22,630 nucleotides of DNA from Octopus sinensis (Eukaryota). The stretch's first letter is position 1, and every line of letters starts with the position of its first letter. Both the position numbers and the translations under genes were made by a program. Positions 10,434 through 20,705 of this stretch are shown piece by piece. The stretch spans positions 1 through 22,630 of the forward strand of contig NW_021836793.1 in assembly GCF_006345805.1 (NCBI RefSeq), given 5' to 3'. The notes beneath the pieces were generated by a model. It worked only from the letters and a program-made list of their open reading frames with translations, had not been told where the DNA came from and ran no database searches.

Positions 10434-10929
10434 TATTATTAAAATAATACAAAAATAAAAAAAAAAAGAAAAAGAAAAACGTAAAACCGACTTGAGACCA
10501 TACATTAACATTAAACAAATTAAAGATGATACTTTCCGAAATTGTCTTTCTTTCTGTCGGCTTTAATGTGTAGGATGTTTACCATAGTGATAATGTATTT
10601 TTGTTTATGCTTTAAGGTATTGTTTCGTATGTATTGTCACTTATGTCTTCGCTTCATTTAACGCTAAATATATTTTCTATATATTGTGTTACAATAAGGT
10701 GTTTACATTTGAATACGAAGGAGAACTGAGTTACCTTCTTATTCTATTTGAGATGAAATCTTGCATAAATCGGTGTAGAAACATTGTGAACTAAATGAAA
10801 TGAGCCGAACAATATACTTTGCAGTGTCTACGTTCGACACTATTATTGTGAATCTGTGTCTATCTTCCTTTTATAGGAGCTGTGTAAACTTAATTCTTTC
10901 TAATTTTGAGAGCAAAGCCAAAAGTTTTC

Positions 10930-11075
10930 ATGAGAATGGGTAAGTCGTTCACATCGACCCCATTACTTGAGTGGCATGTATTTGATCGACCCCGAAAGAT
11001 TTAAAGACTAATCGAAAGATTTAAATACTTTTCGAGTCAGAACGTAAAACCAAAAGAAATTCCACTATGCATAGG
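10930..11075 (-). mobile_element. Degenerate SINE (short family), partial
   Basis: aagtcgttcacatcgacccc..atcgaccccgaaag..cagaacgtaaa is the reverse complement of the central block of the 17908/19281 copies. It contains a small cgaaagatttaaa duplication. Confidence 0.7.
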
Positions 11076-11274
11076 TTCATCCAGGAGACTTTTTATTACC
11101 CGCAAATTCTGCTTGGGTATTTGAATTTAACAGGTTTCTTAATACACCACATATGTTTTAACTAGGTCCTACAGGGTGCAGAGATTAATAGCTAGTGATT
11201 AATCTGAGTTCCAACATTAAGTACTGGAAATATTTCTTTTATTTCTCCATCTTTCCTATTAAACACTCCATTCA

Positions 11275-11306
11275 CACACACACACACACACACACATACA
11301 CACACA

Positions 11307-11354
<48 letters not shown>

Positions 11355-11399
11355 ACACACACACATATATATATATATATAATAATATATATATATACA
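11275..11399. repeat. (CA)n followed by (AT)n
   Basis: Seen directly in the sequence. Confidence 0.95.
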
Positions 11400-11769
11400 C
11401 TGTCCTTGTTCCCACTCTAAAGCAATTGCTTCCGCCGAAAATAAGGAAAATATTAAAAAAAGGAGTGAACTTGTACTCAGCACGGAAGCTTATATCCATA
11501 ATGATAATGGCATCAATGTTTTACTGTGTAAAAATACACAGCATTTTGGGAGCAAAGAAATGGCTAAGAATTCTATTCGGTACTTAACAGAAAATATATT
11601 TTTTATAGTTTCGAAAGAAAGCGTATGGCTAAGACATATCTGAGAGGATTTAAAAATCAGAAATGAGAAGAAAATGAATACTGAAATGGAGAATCACATT
11701 TAACTAATTAGTAATCATCATTTTAAACATTGACCAATACCTGAATACATCAAAAAGACGTGCAGCTTA

Positions 11770-12035
11770 GTATTCAATATCTTTATTTGACTGCACCTTA
11801 ATTTATCGGCTCAAGATAGATGAAAGATAAAACCGGAATCTTTGAATTGAAAGTGAGGTTAATTAAACGCTGTAAATATTTAGTCTGTCAGTCTAAAATT
11901 AGTGCAAGCAAGAGAAGTTGGAACTGGTACTAAATTATTGATTACCAGGTGCTTATATCGTTGACCCGTGATTAATTATAGAGAAAGTAAAATATGGCAA
12001 CGATTTGAATTGAGACTTTAAGAAAGCATAAGGTA
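11770..12035 (-). mobile_element. Two highly degenerate SINE remnants in tandem
   Basis: The blocks aatttatcggctcaagatagatgaaagataaacc..tttgaatt (~11800-11850) and actggtact..atcgttgaccc..gatttgaattgaga (~11920-12015) loosely match the reverse complement of the short SINE family. Confidence 0.4.
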
Positions 12036-12253
12036 AATGGAACGGCCTGAAACTGAGGTAGCAAAAAGCAATAGGAACGTTGCTTTACCGACGGGAGTGA
12101 CACTGAATTAGAAACAAAAGGGAAAGTACAGCTATATGGTCATGAAACGTTTTGTACGTGCACATAGAAATCACACACGCACACATGTGTATATATGCGT
12201 GCATGTGTGTGTAGGTATGTATATATATATATATATAAATATATATATATATA

Positions 12254-12635
12254 CTCCTTTGCTCTTCTACTTGTTTCAGTCATTTGACTGCGGCCAAGCT
12301 GGACCACCGCCTTCAGTCGAGCAAATCAACCCCAAGATTTATTTTTTGTAAGCCTAGGACTTATTCTATCTGTCTCTTTTGCCGATCCACTAAGTTAAGT
12401 GTACGTAAACACACCAGCATCGGTTGTCAAGCGATATTGGGAGGACAAAAACAGACACACAAACACACACACATATATATATACATATATACGACGGGCT
12501 TCTTTTAGTTTCCGTCAACAAATCCACTCACAAGCCTTCTGGTCGGCCTGAGTAGTAGAAGACTCTTGCCCAAGGTGCTACGCAGTTGGACTGAATCCGG
12601 AAGCTTATGGTTGGTAAGCAAGCTACTTAGCACAC
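12254..12635 (-). mobile_element. Near full-length tRNA-derived SINE with CORE-like central segment and LINE-derived 3' tail
   Basis: On the minus strand it has a tRNA-like head (gtgctaagtagcttgcttaccaaccataagcttccggattcagtcc, with B-box-like ggattcagtcc). A segment ccttgggcaagagtcttctact resembles the MIR/CORE motif ccttgggcaag. An internal TA/TG microsatellite follows, and the 3' end is ggcggtggtccagcttggccgcagtcaaatgactgaaacaag plus a short repeated tail. It resembles an abundant Octopus SINE (recall, not searched). Confidence 0.88.
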
Positions 12636-12645
12636 ATTAAAAAGA

Positions 12646-12840
12646 CATTATTAAGAAACAGACATGGTAAATGTAATAAAATTAGACCTTACCCTGTATA
12701 AACCACAAAGCCAGAACATATGTGTTCTTGCTGTATAAACCACAAAAAAAGAACATATTTGTTCTTGCTTTGTGGTTTAAACAGGTAAGGCCTAACTTTA
12801 TTATATTCGTTACATTCACCGCGTATGTTTCTTAATAATG
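12646..12840. mobile_element. Foldback / palindromic element with ~70-80 bp inverted arms and internal 37 bp tandem duplication
   Basis: The left arm is cattattaagaaacagacatggtaaatgtaataaaattagaccttaccctgtataaaccacaaagccagaaca. The reverse complement of the right arm is cattattaagaaacatacgcggtgaatgtaacgaatataataaagttaggccttacctgtttaaaccacaaagcaagaaca. The duplicated units are 12695-12731 and 12732-12768. The palindrome is directly seen; mobile status is inferred. Confidence 0.75.
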
Positions 12841-12929
12841 AGAAATTTTTGAATTTAGAATATTAACTCCTATTTCTAGGGATTGGTGTTCCGCTACCCT
12901 AATTTATTCATTTGTATATTTTACGTATA

Positions 12930-13104
12930 CAGTAATCCTTTGAATATCGCAATAGGTGAAAATCCGCGAAAAATGAACAGTACTGTACTGTATACATATT
13001 TGTATTATTCTTATAATTTGTATATATTTATTTTATAATAAATGCCAAATAGAGGAATCGACGTTAGCTTAAATAGTAAACCGCGATAGAGCGAAAGATT
13101 ATTG
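12930..13104. mobile_element. Tigger/pogo-like MITE (Tc1/mariner superfamily)
   Basis: The structure is TA|CAGTAATCCTTTGAATATCGC ... GCGATAGAGCGAAAGATTATTG|TA. This gives imperfect ~21 bp TIRs starting CAGT and a TA target-site duplication (12928-12929, 13105-13106), with a non-coding AT-rich interior. Confidence 0.7.
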
Positions 13105-13169
13105 TATAGGTTAAACTTCCTGGTCACTTTATTATTATTATTCTTAATAATGGTAATAACACTTATGTA

Positions 13170-13427
13170 CATTGGGATGGTGCATAAATAATAGGGGTTT
13201 TTTTTTTCAAAAAAATTTATTCAACAAAAACAATAACAGTATTTAACAAAAACATCTTTAAATGACGGTCTAACAGTCTGCCAAGCAAATGGGAAGCAGT
13301 AATTGAAGTAGATGATTAATATGGTCCGGAATAATCATTTAAAATAGTTTTGTTATTTGTTGTTATTGTTTTTGTTGAATGAGATTTGTGGAAAAAAACG
13401 CCACAATAATTATACACCAACCCAATA
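13170..13427 (+). mobile_element. Internally deleted mariner-family element (MITE-like), different family
   Basis: The TIRs are cattgggatggtgcataaataatagggg at left and the reverse complement of the right end, tattgggttggtgtataattattgtggcg. The interior encodes SLPSKWEAVIEVDD*YGPE* (13275-13334), which resembles the mariner C-terminal LP.RW..VI...G.Y. Confidence 0.8.
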
Positions 13428-13429
13428 CA

Positions 13430-13547
13430 TATATGCGTGTGTGTGTGTGCACATACATTCATATTTACATATACATACACAAAAATATATGAATCCATAT
13501 ATGTACATATGTTTTATTTCATATATACATGTGTGTGTATATGTGTT

Positions 13548-13642
<95 letters not shown>

Positions 13643-13893
13643 TATATATATATAGATATACATATACATATACATAAATCCATAATATATATATGCATAT
13701 ATATATAACATATACATAAATGCATATATATATATATATATGCATATATATATATACATATACATAATATACATACATATATATACATACATGCACATAA
13801 AGATGTGTGTGTATCTATGCATTTACGTACATGTATGTGTGGTGCGTGTGAGCAAGTAAGACTTTGATGTATATAAGTGTATATATATATATT

Positions 13894-13929
<36 letters not shown>

Positions 13930-13982
13930 ATATGTGTGTGTGTGTGGTGTGTGTGTGTGTGTGTGTGGTGTGTGTGTGTGTT
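13430..13982. repeat. Compound (AT)n/(GT)n/(AC)n microsatellite field
   Basis: Seen directly. The longest near-pure (AT)n run is ~13555-13655. Confidence 0.95.
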
Positions 13983-14018
13983 TATTGTATATATACTCAT
14001 GCTGGCATTATATATAAG

Positions 14019-14215
14019 ATAAATATTTGGAGCTGTGGAAGATTTTTTTTATCGCAAATGCACATCAATATGGATTTGAACATTGTAATGAAATTTCTGA
14101 TAAACGCAAAATCGTTAACGTTGAAATCTTCGGCGAATATCAGTACATATTCATTACCAAACCAGCTATAGTTGTGTTAAGGAATGCTTTGGTTTACAGT
14201 TCAAGAAATATTGAG
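14019..14215 (+). other. Weak candidate internal coding exon (unidentified)
   Basis: This is a non-repetitive island with an open frame (KYLELWKIFFIANAHQYGFEHCNEISDKRKIVNVEIFGEYQYIFITKPAIVVLRNALVYSSRNIE) ending at a good donor GAG|GTACGT at a codon boundary. The acceptor (tatataag) lacks a polypyrimidine tract and I recognise no homology. Confidence 0.2.
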
Positions 14216-14726
14216 GTACGTATTCACAAATGCACACGTACAGATCCACATTTCATAGAAATAAGGAACGAGAGGCAGACCGAGAAGCATATATAGATAT
14301 ATGAATATATAGACAGGCACAAAAATATACATACATATATACACATACATACACATGTATATGTATGTAAACACACATACGCCCACAAAACACATACTTT
14401 CTCTCCAATGCCTCGGTCGAATAAGAGAAATAAAGAATTAAGCAAAAGAATAACTATATTTCATTATATCTTACCCTCATGTATGCATATATGTACGTTC
14501 ATCCACGCATACATAAATACACACTTACGTACATACATACGTGCATACACACACATACATATACTTTTACATATTCAAACATGTTCTCACACAAATATAA
14601 CGGTTCGGTAGTTTGTGTAATGATACTCTACATTTATTTTCTTGCAATTTAATGTGAGATGTGATTGTTAACGTTGGATTAACGCTCATATCTTTTTATC
14701 GCTGTTATTCATGTTGAAGTATTCTG

Positions 14727-14755
14727 TTTTTTTTTTTTTTTTTTTTTTTTTTTTT
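14727..14755. repeat. Poly-T tract (~28 nt)
   Basis: Homopolymer run. Confidence 0.95.
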
Positions 14756-15021
14756 CTGCTATATGTGCCTAGAGGGAGTATTTGGCAAAACACATTCATA
14801 TTTAACATATATAACGAGCAAATGTGTAGAGGGGGTGTTACAGGACGGGATATTATTAAATTTGTAATTCTAATTGCAGTTTTCGATTTCGCAAAACAAT
14901 ACTACCAAAAAATGCTTTGATGAGTTCAATAAAACAGAATATTACAGAAACTCACATATACACGCAACCTCGCGCTTATGTATGTACTTTTGTGTGTATG
15001 TACGTATGTAAGTATGTATGT

Positions 15022-15082
15022 ATGGATGGATGGATGGATGGATGGATGGATGGATGGATGGATGGATTGTTGGATGGATGGA
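15022..15082. repeat. (GGAT)n tetranucleotide microsatellite
   Basis: GGAT array preceded by (GTAT)n. A shorter GGAT array is at ~114-136. Confidence 0.95.
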
Positions 15083-16519
15083 TAACAGTTACTAAATGTG
15101 CTAGGCTGACGTAATGGGCACTGTTTTTAAGCATATTGAGCTGGACACCCTGACTAAAATTTACTACTAGAATGTTCAATAATTGTACTCGCAGCCAGGC
15201 TACATGTTACACGACTATGCACAGAGCGACTCTTGTTGATGAAGCAGTACATTGGATTCTATGTTTCGTCTTCTCCAGTAACTGCCAGGTAAATTTTAAA
15301 AGAACCCTAAGAAATCATCGCACGTGAATATGACAAGTAATTCTAATATACCTGGTGTTCTCTCTCACCACACAGCTCTTGTTGAACAATGATCTCTTTT
15401 AAGAGTTATAAACTTTGATATTTGAATCCACGTCTTACCGTTCAGATATTACTGTGCAACATCATGCTATGTATTTGAATAAAGTCAATCGCTGACACTA
15501 TTCTATTTCTCGATAAAGCAGAGACAATCTTGAGGATACCTGAGAAACTGCATATTGCAAGCAGACAGATACACATCGTTATGTTCTTTGATTCCTATAT
15601 GATTGACATCTGAAAGAAAAAGACAAGTGTATGCATAAGTAAGCACATGGATTAAACATTTGTCTTATTGGTATGCTTCTTTGAATTTAGATTTATTAAG
15701 CTCTGAAGATAAAAAGAGAAAATAAGAAACCTTTGCACGCATGTATAGGCATAATCCAGACATATACTCACACGCGAGATAGAAGTATACACGTATATAT
15801 AAATATACATACGTGCATACATGTTTATATATATATATATTTATGCATGTATGTATATGTATACGCACACATGCACATATACACAGGTAGACATATATAC
15901 ACTTCTGTACAATTTTCTACTTAAACGTCTTTTCTCTACATTCACCTGTATCTATGTCAATCAATTTGGGTCTTTGTATACATGTGAGTGGAGGGGGGTA
16001 TACATAGATATGAACAAACATGCTCACACACACACATACACACATACAGGCATACAAGCAGACAAGCACACACAGGCACACACACACATATATTAACACA
16101 CATTATCATACATATACTTTTACTCTACGTCTGTAAGAGGGTCTTCAAATCTCACCTCACACTATGTCTCTCATGCAGTCTCAACCAATTCTTCTCCCAC
16201 TCTCTCGGTCTCTCTCTTTCTCTATGTGTATGTGTGCGCCCGTATGCGCAAATACTACATACGCATTTTATAATTACCTTTCTGTTTATCTATCTGTCTT
16301 TGCATGTGTATGGAATTTATGTGCATGCGTATACTCTCAACTAGTTCTACAGATAACTATATTTAGGGCAGAATAATTACCGTTGTTTGATTAAATATCG
16401 AAAATACGTGTTAAATTATACATATTTAATGCGCATCCATGTAAAGACATGTACACATATATATATGTATATTTCAATGTTTATTTCTCTCTCTCTCTCT
16501 ATGTCTCTCTCTCTAATTA

Positions 16520-16598
16520 TATATATATATATATAATAAGACGTTATATAGATGGATATATGTATATATATATAAGATGCACAAACCCACAGACACAG

Positions 16599-16632
<34 letters not shown>

Positions 16633-16740
16633 ACACACACACACACAACAACACACACACACACATATATATATAATATATATAGATATATATCTATATA
16701 TATATATATTATATATATATATTATATATATATCCGTATA
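16520..16740. repeat. Compound (AT)n/(CA)n field
   Basis: Seen directly in the sequence. Confidence 0.92.
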
Positions 16741-16839
16741 TATTCAGGCACATATACGATGGTCTCTTCCGTCGGAAACATCGTATGAGCGTTCAGATTC
16801 TGTTGTGAGACCTGCAAATACTATTTCGTTATAATGATG

Positions 16840-17045
16840 CCACACATAAGCTAATTGCTTTCATCACATGGACGTTGACTGAACAGGTGCACTGTGTACC
16901 ACTAGTCAGGTGTCGAAGTGATCGCAGAGCAAGGTGATAGAGTTTTGCTAAAAAACATGAAAATGCAATACCTGATCTAGGAATTGAAATCATGATCGCT
17001 AGATCCTTGCCGCATCAGCCTAACTCCTAATCGATGTACCCTCAC
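16840..17045 (-). mobile_element. tRNA-derived SINE head and body, degenerate (different family)
   Basis: The minus strand has an A-box-like gattaggagttagg (~17018-17031) and a B-box-like atttcaattcctag (~16977-16990), followed by a body tttagcaaaac..tgctctgcgatcacttcgaca. It resembles octopus tRNA-head SINEs (recall). Confidence 0.6.
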
Positions 17046-17046
17046 A

Positions 17047-17049
<3 letters not shown>

Positions 17050-17087
<38 letters not shown>

Positions 17088-17330
17088 ACATATATATGTA
17101 TATATATATATATGCATATATATATTAATTATATATGTATATGTATAATATATATGTTATATATATATGTGTATATATATATGTATTATATATGTATATA
17201 TATATGTAATATATATATGTATATGTATATGTATATATATACGTATATATATGTATATATATATATGTATATATGTGTGTGCACATGTGTGTATATGTGC
17301 ATGGATGTGTGTATTTGTATGTGCGTATGT
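17050..17330. repeat. Interrupted (AT)n/(ATGT)n/(GT)n field
   Basis: Seen directly in the sequence. Confidence 0.92.
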
Positions 17331-17412
17331 GTTTTGGTTTGACCAATACACAAACAGCATTAAGCATTTGTGACACTTTCTTAGTTTATTCTTTCCTTTC
17401 ACCTGTTTAGAA

Positions 17413-17615
17413 AGTAGTAGTAGTGGTAGTAGTAGTAGTAGTAGTAGTAGTAGTTGTTGTTGTAGTAGCAGCAGCAGCAGTGGCAGTAGTATTAGTTTTA
17501 GTAGTATTAGTTGTGTTTGTGATGTGGTGGTGGTGCTTGGTGGTTTTAATGGTGGTGTTGGGGCGGCAGTTTTGGTGATAGTAGCAGTAGTTGAATATAG
17601 CAGTAGTAGTAAAAG
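17413..17615. repeat. Imperfect (TAG)n/(TTG)n/(CAG)n/(TGG)n triplet array
   Basis: Seen directly in the sequence. Confidence 0.9.
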
Positions 17616-17636
17616 TTATTTATCAAAATATTAATT

Positions 17637-17812
17637 GTTTCTAACATAGATTTCAATGCCAATATTTTGAGAAGTAATATTCGATTCTAGTCCTTGACAG
17701 AATTGAACGAAATTCAATGGAAAACTCGTTAGGATTTGCACAAAGATATTTGCAAGATAAAATATCGCAGTTCGTATTTGTGATGCTCTATCTATTATGC
17801 CATTCCACCGCA
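17637..17812 (-). mobile_element. Degenerate SINE, head-to-head with the 17908 copy
   Basis: tttctaacatag..gccaatattttg on the left and aggatttgcac..atcgcag..gatgctct..attatgcca..ccaccgc on the right match the reverse complement of the family 3' and 5' ends, with internal loss. Confidence 0.5.
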
Positions 17813-17907
17813 TTTACTAATAATTACATTATTATTAATTAAAATAATAATATATTAACATTAATTGTTATATCTATATATTTAGATTGTATTAATTATT
17901 TGATACT

Positions 17908-18130
17908 TAGGCAGCGAGCAGGCAGAATCGTTAGCACGCCCAGCAAAATGTTCAGTGGCATTTCGCACCTCTTAATGTTTTGAGTTCGAATTACTCCGAG
18001 GTCAGCTTTGCCTTTCATCGCTTCAGTATCGATAAAATGAGTTCCAGTTGAGCGCTGATGTAATCGACTTACATCTTTCCCCGAAATTGCTGGCCTTGTG
18101 CTAAAATTTCCAATCATTATTATTATCATT
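17908..18130 (+). mobile_element. tRNA-derived SINE (short family), with ATT tail
   Basis: It has an A-box-like aggcagaatcgttag, a B-box-like gagttcgaattac (~17982), a central gaggtcagctttgcctttcatc..gataaaatgagt..gatgtaatcgact, a 3' end ggccttgtgctaaaatt and an (ATT)n tail. It is homologous to 19281-19500. Confidence 0.85.
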
Positions 18131-18444
18131 ATTTCTTTGACCTTTCTTACCAGTCTTAAAAGCATAACCATCGGTCCAATTTCTCTCTTTCTCTGTTGCC
18201 ATGTCCACACATACACATAAATATATGTATTCACACACACACACACATATATACATGGTTTGAAGGTGAAGAAAAGTACACCAAAATTTCAAGTTTAAAA
18301 ACATAATCTATCTTCTAATGCTTAAATAGTCATAGATTATGAACATTTACTGTAACTATATTTCAAAGAATTCTTACATTTTTTTATATTTTTCATTATT
18401 ACAATATACACTATTATGTTAACGAGCTTAACCACCATTATTAG

Positions 18445-18645
18445 AAGAAGAATCGTAAGAGCGTCAGAGTAAAAAATTGTTCATGGAATTTGTTCCTGCA
18501 TTTACATTTTGAGTTCATAACTTTGCCTTCTATCCATTCGTTATAGATAAAAGAAAGGACCCGTCAATTATTGGTGTCATTCCTATCGACTAATTTCCGC
18601 CCCCTCAAAATTCCTGATCTTCTATCTAATCCAGGAATCATTGTT
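18445..18645 (+). mobile_element. Degenerate SINE (short family) followed by long (TTA)n tail
   Basis: The sequence runs agaatcgtaagagcgtcaga..tttgagttca..actttgccttctatccattcg..gataaaa..atcgactaa..ctcaaaatt, followed by (TTA)n at 18648-18722. Confidence 0.7.
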
Positions 18646-18647
18646 AT

Positions 18648-18671
18648 TTATTATTATTATTATTATTATTA

Positions 18672-18710
<39 letters not shown>

Positions 18711-18722
18711 CATTATTATTAT
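18648..18722. repeat. (TTA)n microsatellite (SINE tail)
   Basis: It directly follows the SINE at 18445-18645. Confidence 0.95.
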
Positions 18723-19062
18723 ATCAATGCGTGGTAGAGTTGGTAGTGCAATCGATGACATCTTTTGTGCTGCCTAACACAAGACTACTTTCCAGTGTTG
18801 ACAATGGAAAATAACAGATAAATTCTGTAGCACCCTGATGAAGCATTAAATCATAGGTCCCACAGACTTAAATATATAACGTCAAGACTAAATACTTTAA
18901 TATATTTTTCGCCTACTTCGTTTGTTTTCTCTTAAAAACCGTTCAGAAAAGGACCAGTCATTTTACATTATGGCTGTGTCCTTTGAAACATAAATTGTCA
19001 CACTGTGTATATATTTTAGATGTTTTTATTGTCGTCGTCGCCATCTTCGTCTTCTTCATTGA

Positions 19063-19273
<211 letters not shown>

Positions 19274-19280
19274 TTGTGTA

Positions 19281-19500
19281 CGGTGACGAGCTGGCGAAAT
19301 CGTGAGCATTTCGTCCATCGTGAGCATTCGTCCATCTTTACGTTCAGAGTTCAAATTCCGTTGTGGTCGACTTTGCCTTGTATCTTTTGAAGTTGATGAA
19401 ATATGCACCAGTTGAATGCTTTAGCCGTTTAAACCGACTTATTCTTTACCCACGAATTTTATGGCCTTGTGCCAAAATTTGAAACCAATATTATAATTAA
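19281..19500 (+). mobile_element. tRNA-derived SINE (same short family) with internal 17-18 bp tandem duplication
   Basis: The sequence runs ggtgacgagctggcgaaatcgtgagc..cagagttcaaattccg..ggtcgactttgccttg..ccgactt..ggccttgtgccaaaatttgaaaccaatatt. The duplicated unit is cgtgagcat(t)tcgtccat at 19301-19335. Confidence 0.85.
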
Positions 19501-19664
19501 TGGGAATTGGGAGGTTGGCAGATGTGCAAAGTGGCATTTAGTTACCTCACTGTACCCTCTGGTTTCAAATCTTATGAGCGTAGGATTAATCTTGAAGCGA
19601 CCTGTTGGCAAATTCATTAATACGCTGGACAAAATGAATAACAGCAATTTTTCCGGCTCTTTAC

Positions 19665-19995
19665 ATTCTGAGATCGAATGATGCATAGTGACTTTGCCTT
19701 TAACACTTGGATCTCAGTAAAATATGCACCAGCTGAAAACTGAGGTTGATATAACTGACTTGCAAATATTCCAAGCATTCTCGCAAAAATTCCAAGCCTT
19801 GTGTCTATAGCAGAAAAGATTAGACATTGTATTATTGGAAAGATCGGCCGTGCAGAGCATATAGTGTTTTGCGATATTTCTGCACTTCCCTTTTCGTACT
19901 GTGTTCAAATGAAACTGTTGATGATTTTTACCTTTCATAGTAGAGGATCGATAGTATTACTACCTTTCAAATACTGAAGTCGATATAAAATTTGC
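19665..19995 (+). mobile_element. Two further partial SINE remnants (~19665-19765 and ~19850-19995)
   Basis: The first has ctgagatcgaat..gtgactttgcctttaa..aaaatatgcaccagctgaa..gttgatataactgactt. The second has tgtgttcaaat..ttttacctttcat..gatcgatagt..aatactgaagtcgatata. Both match the family central block. Confidence 0.55.
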
Positions 19996-20220
19996 CATTC
20001 TATTATGTAAAATTAATTATTATTAATATTCAATTGCAATTTGCATAGTTATTCTTTCTTTCTGTCATCTTCACTTTCTTTGTCTCCCTTTCTTTCTCTC
20101 TCTTTCTCTCTGTCTCTCCCTCCCTCTCTTTCCACACGCAACGTACATACAGTCAAGTATTACTGTTAGTTATTACTACCAAGAACAAATACAACAGAGT
20201 TACAAGTGTTCTGTTTTGAG

Positions 20221-20705
20221 TTTTTTATTTATTTATTTAGTTAATTTCTTATTTGCTGTAGTTTCAGCTCAGAGCTGTGGCCATGCTGATGCACCGCCGT
20301 CTTCCTACACTATTATTACCGAGAGCCTCCTCCAATATGTGGCACTTGGTGAATAATGGAGTTTGATGTAGTTACTCTCATTTGCACCTCTTAACGTGAT
20401 GTAGGTTCATCTGGGACTCTCGACAGGAAGATGACCAGCTTTGATTTAAAAACGCCTACATCTATTTTGTGCAGATTCCTCAGGCTTTTTGGGAGAATAT
20501 TAAAAAGCTGTGGGCACTTGAAACCCAGGTTGTTGCAATAGCTGATCCTGAAGCGCGATGTCGTTGCTGGGATTTTTGTTACTATGCAGTGTCATCCCGT
20601 TCTGGCATTGGTGTAGCTTTCAATGCCACAATTTGGCACAATTCCTTCCAGGATCTTCCAGATGTAATTTAATTATTTATTTACGCATCTCTTTCTTTAC
20701 ATCCG
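20221..20705 (-). mobile_element. 3' end of a CR1/L2-group LINE (ORF2 C-terminus, short 3' UTR, (TAAA)n tail)
   Basis: Minus-strand translation gives YIWKILEGIVPNCGIESYTNARTG*HCIVTKIP..RFRISYCNNLGFKCPQLFNILPKSLRNLHKIDVGVFKSKLVIFLSRVPDEP... This resembles the C-terminal (W/F)N.LP...FK..L signature of CR1/L2-group ORF2. Terminal ggcggtgcatcagcatggccacagctctgagctgaaac follows, then a (TAAA)n/A-rich tail at 20221-20240. Confidence 0.8.

Noticed and set aside
12560-12635. tRNA gene (also SINE heads at ~16970-17040 and ~17910-17995)
   Set aside because: These are tRNA-derived heads fused to SINE bodies. No complete cloverleaf or terminator is evident.
12695-12768. CRISPR-like array (37 bp repeats with internal palindrome)
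   Set aside because: There are only two directly abutting units with no spacer and no cas genes, in a eukaryotic context.
16754-16786. Small hairpin (ATACGATG/CATCGTAT 8 bp stem plus TTCC/GGAA)
   Set aside because: It is short, single and has no family resemblance. It is expected by chance in 22 kb.
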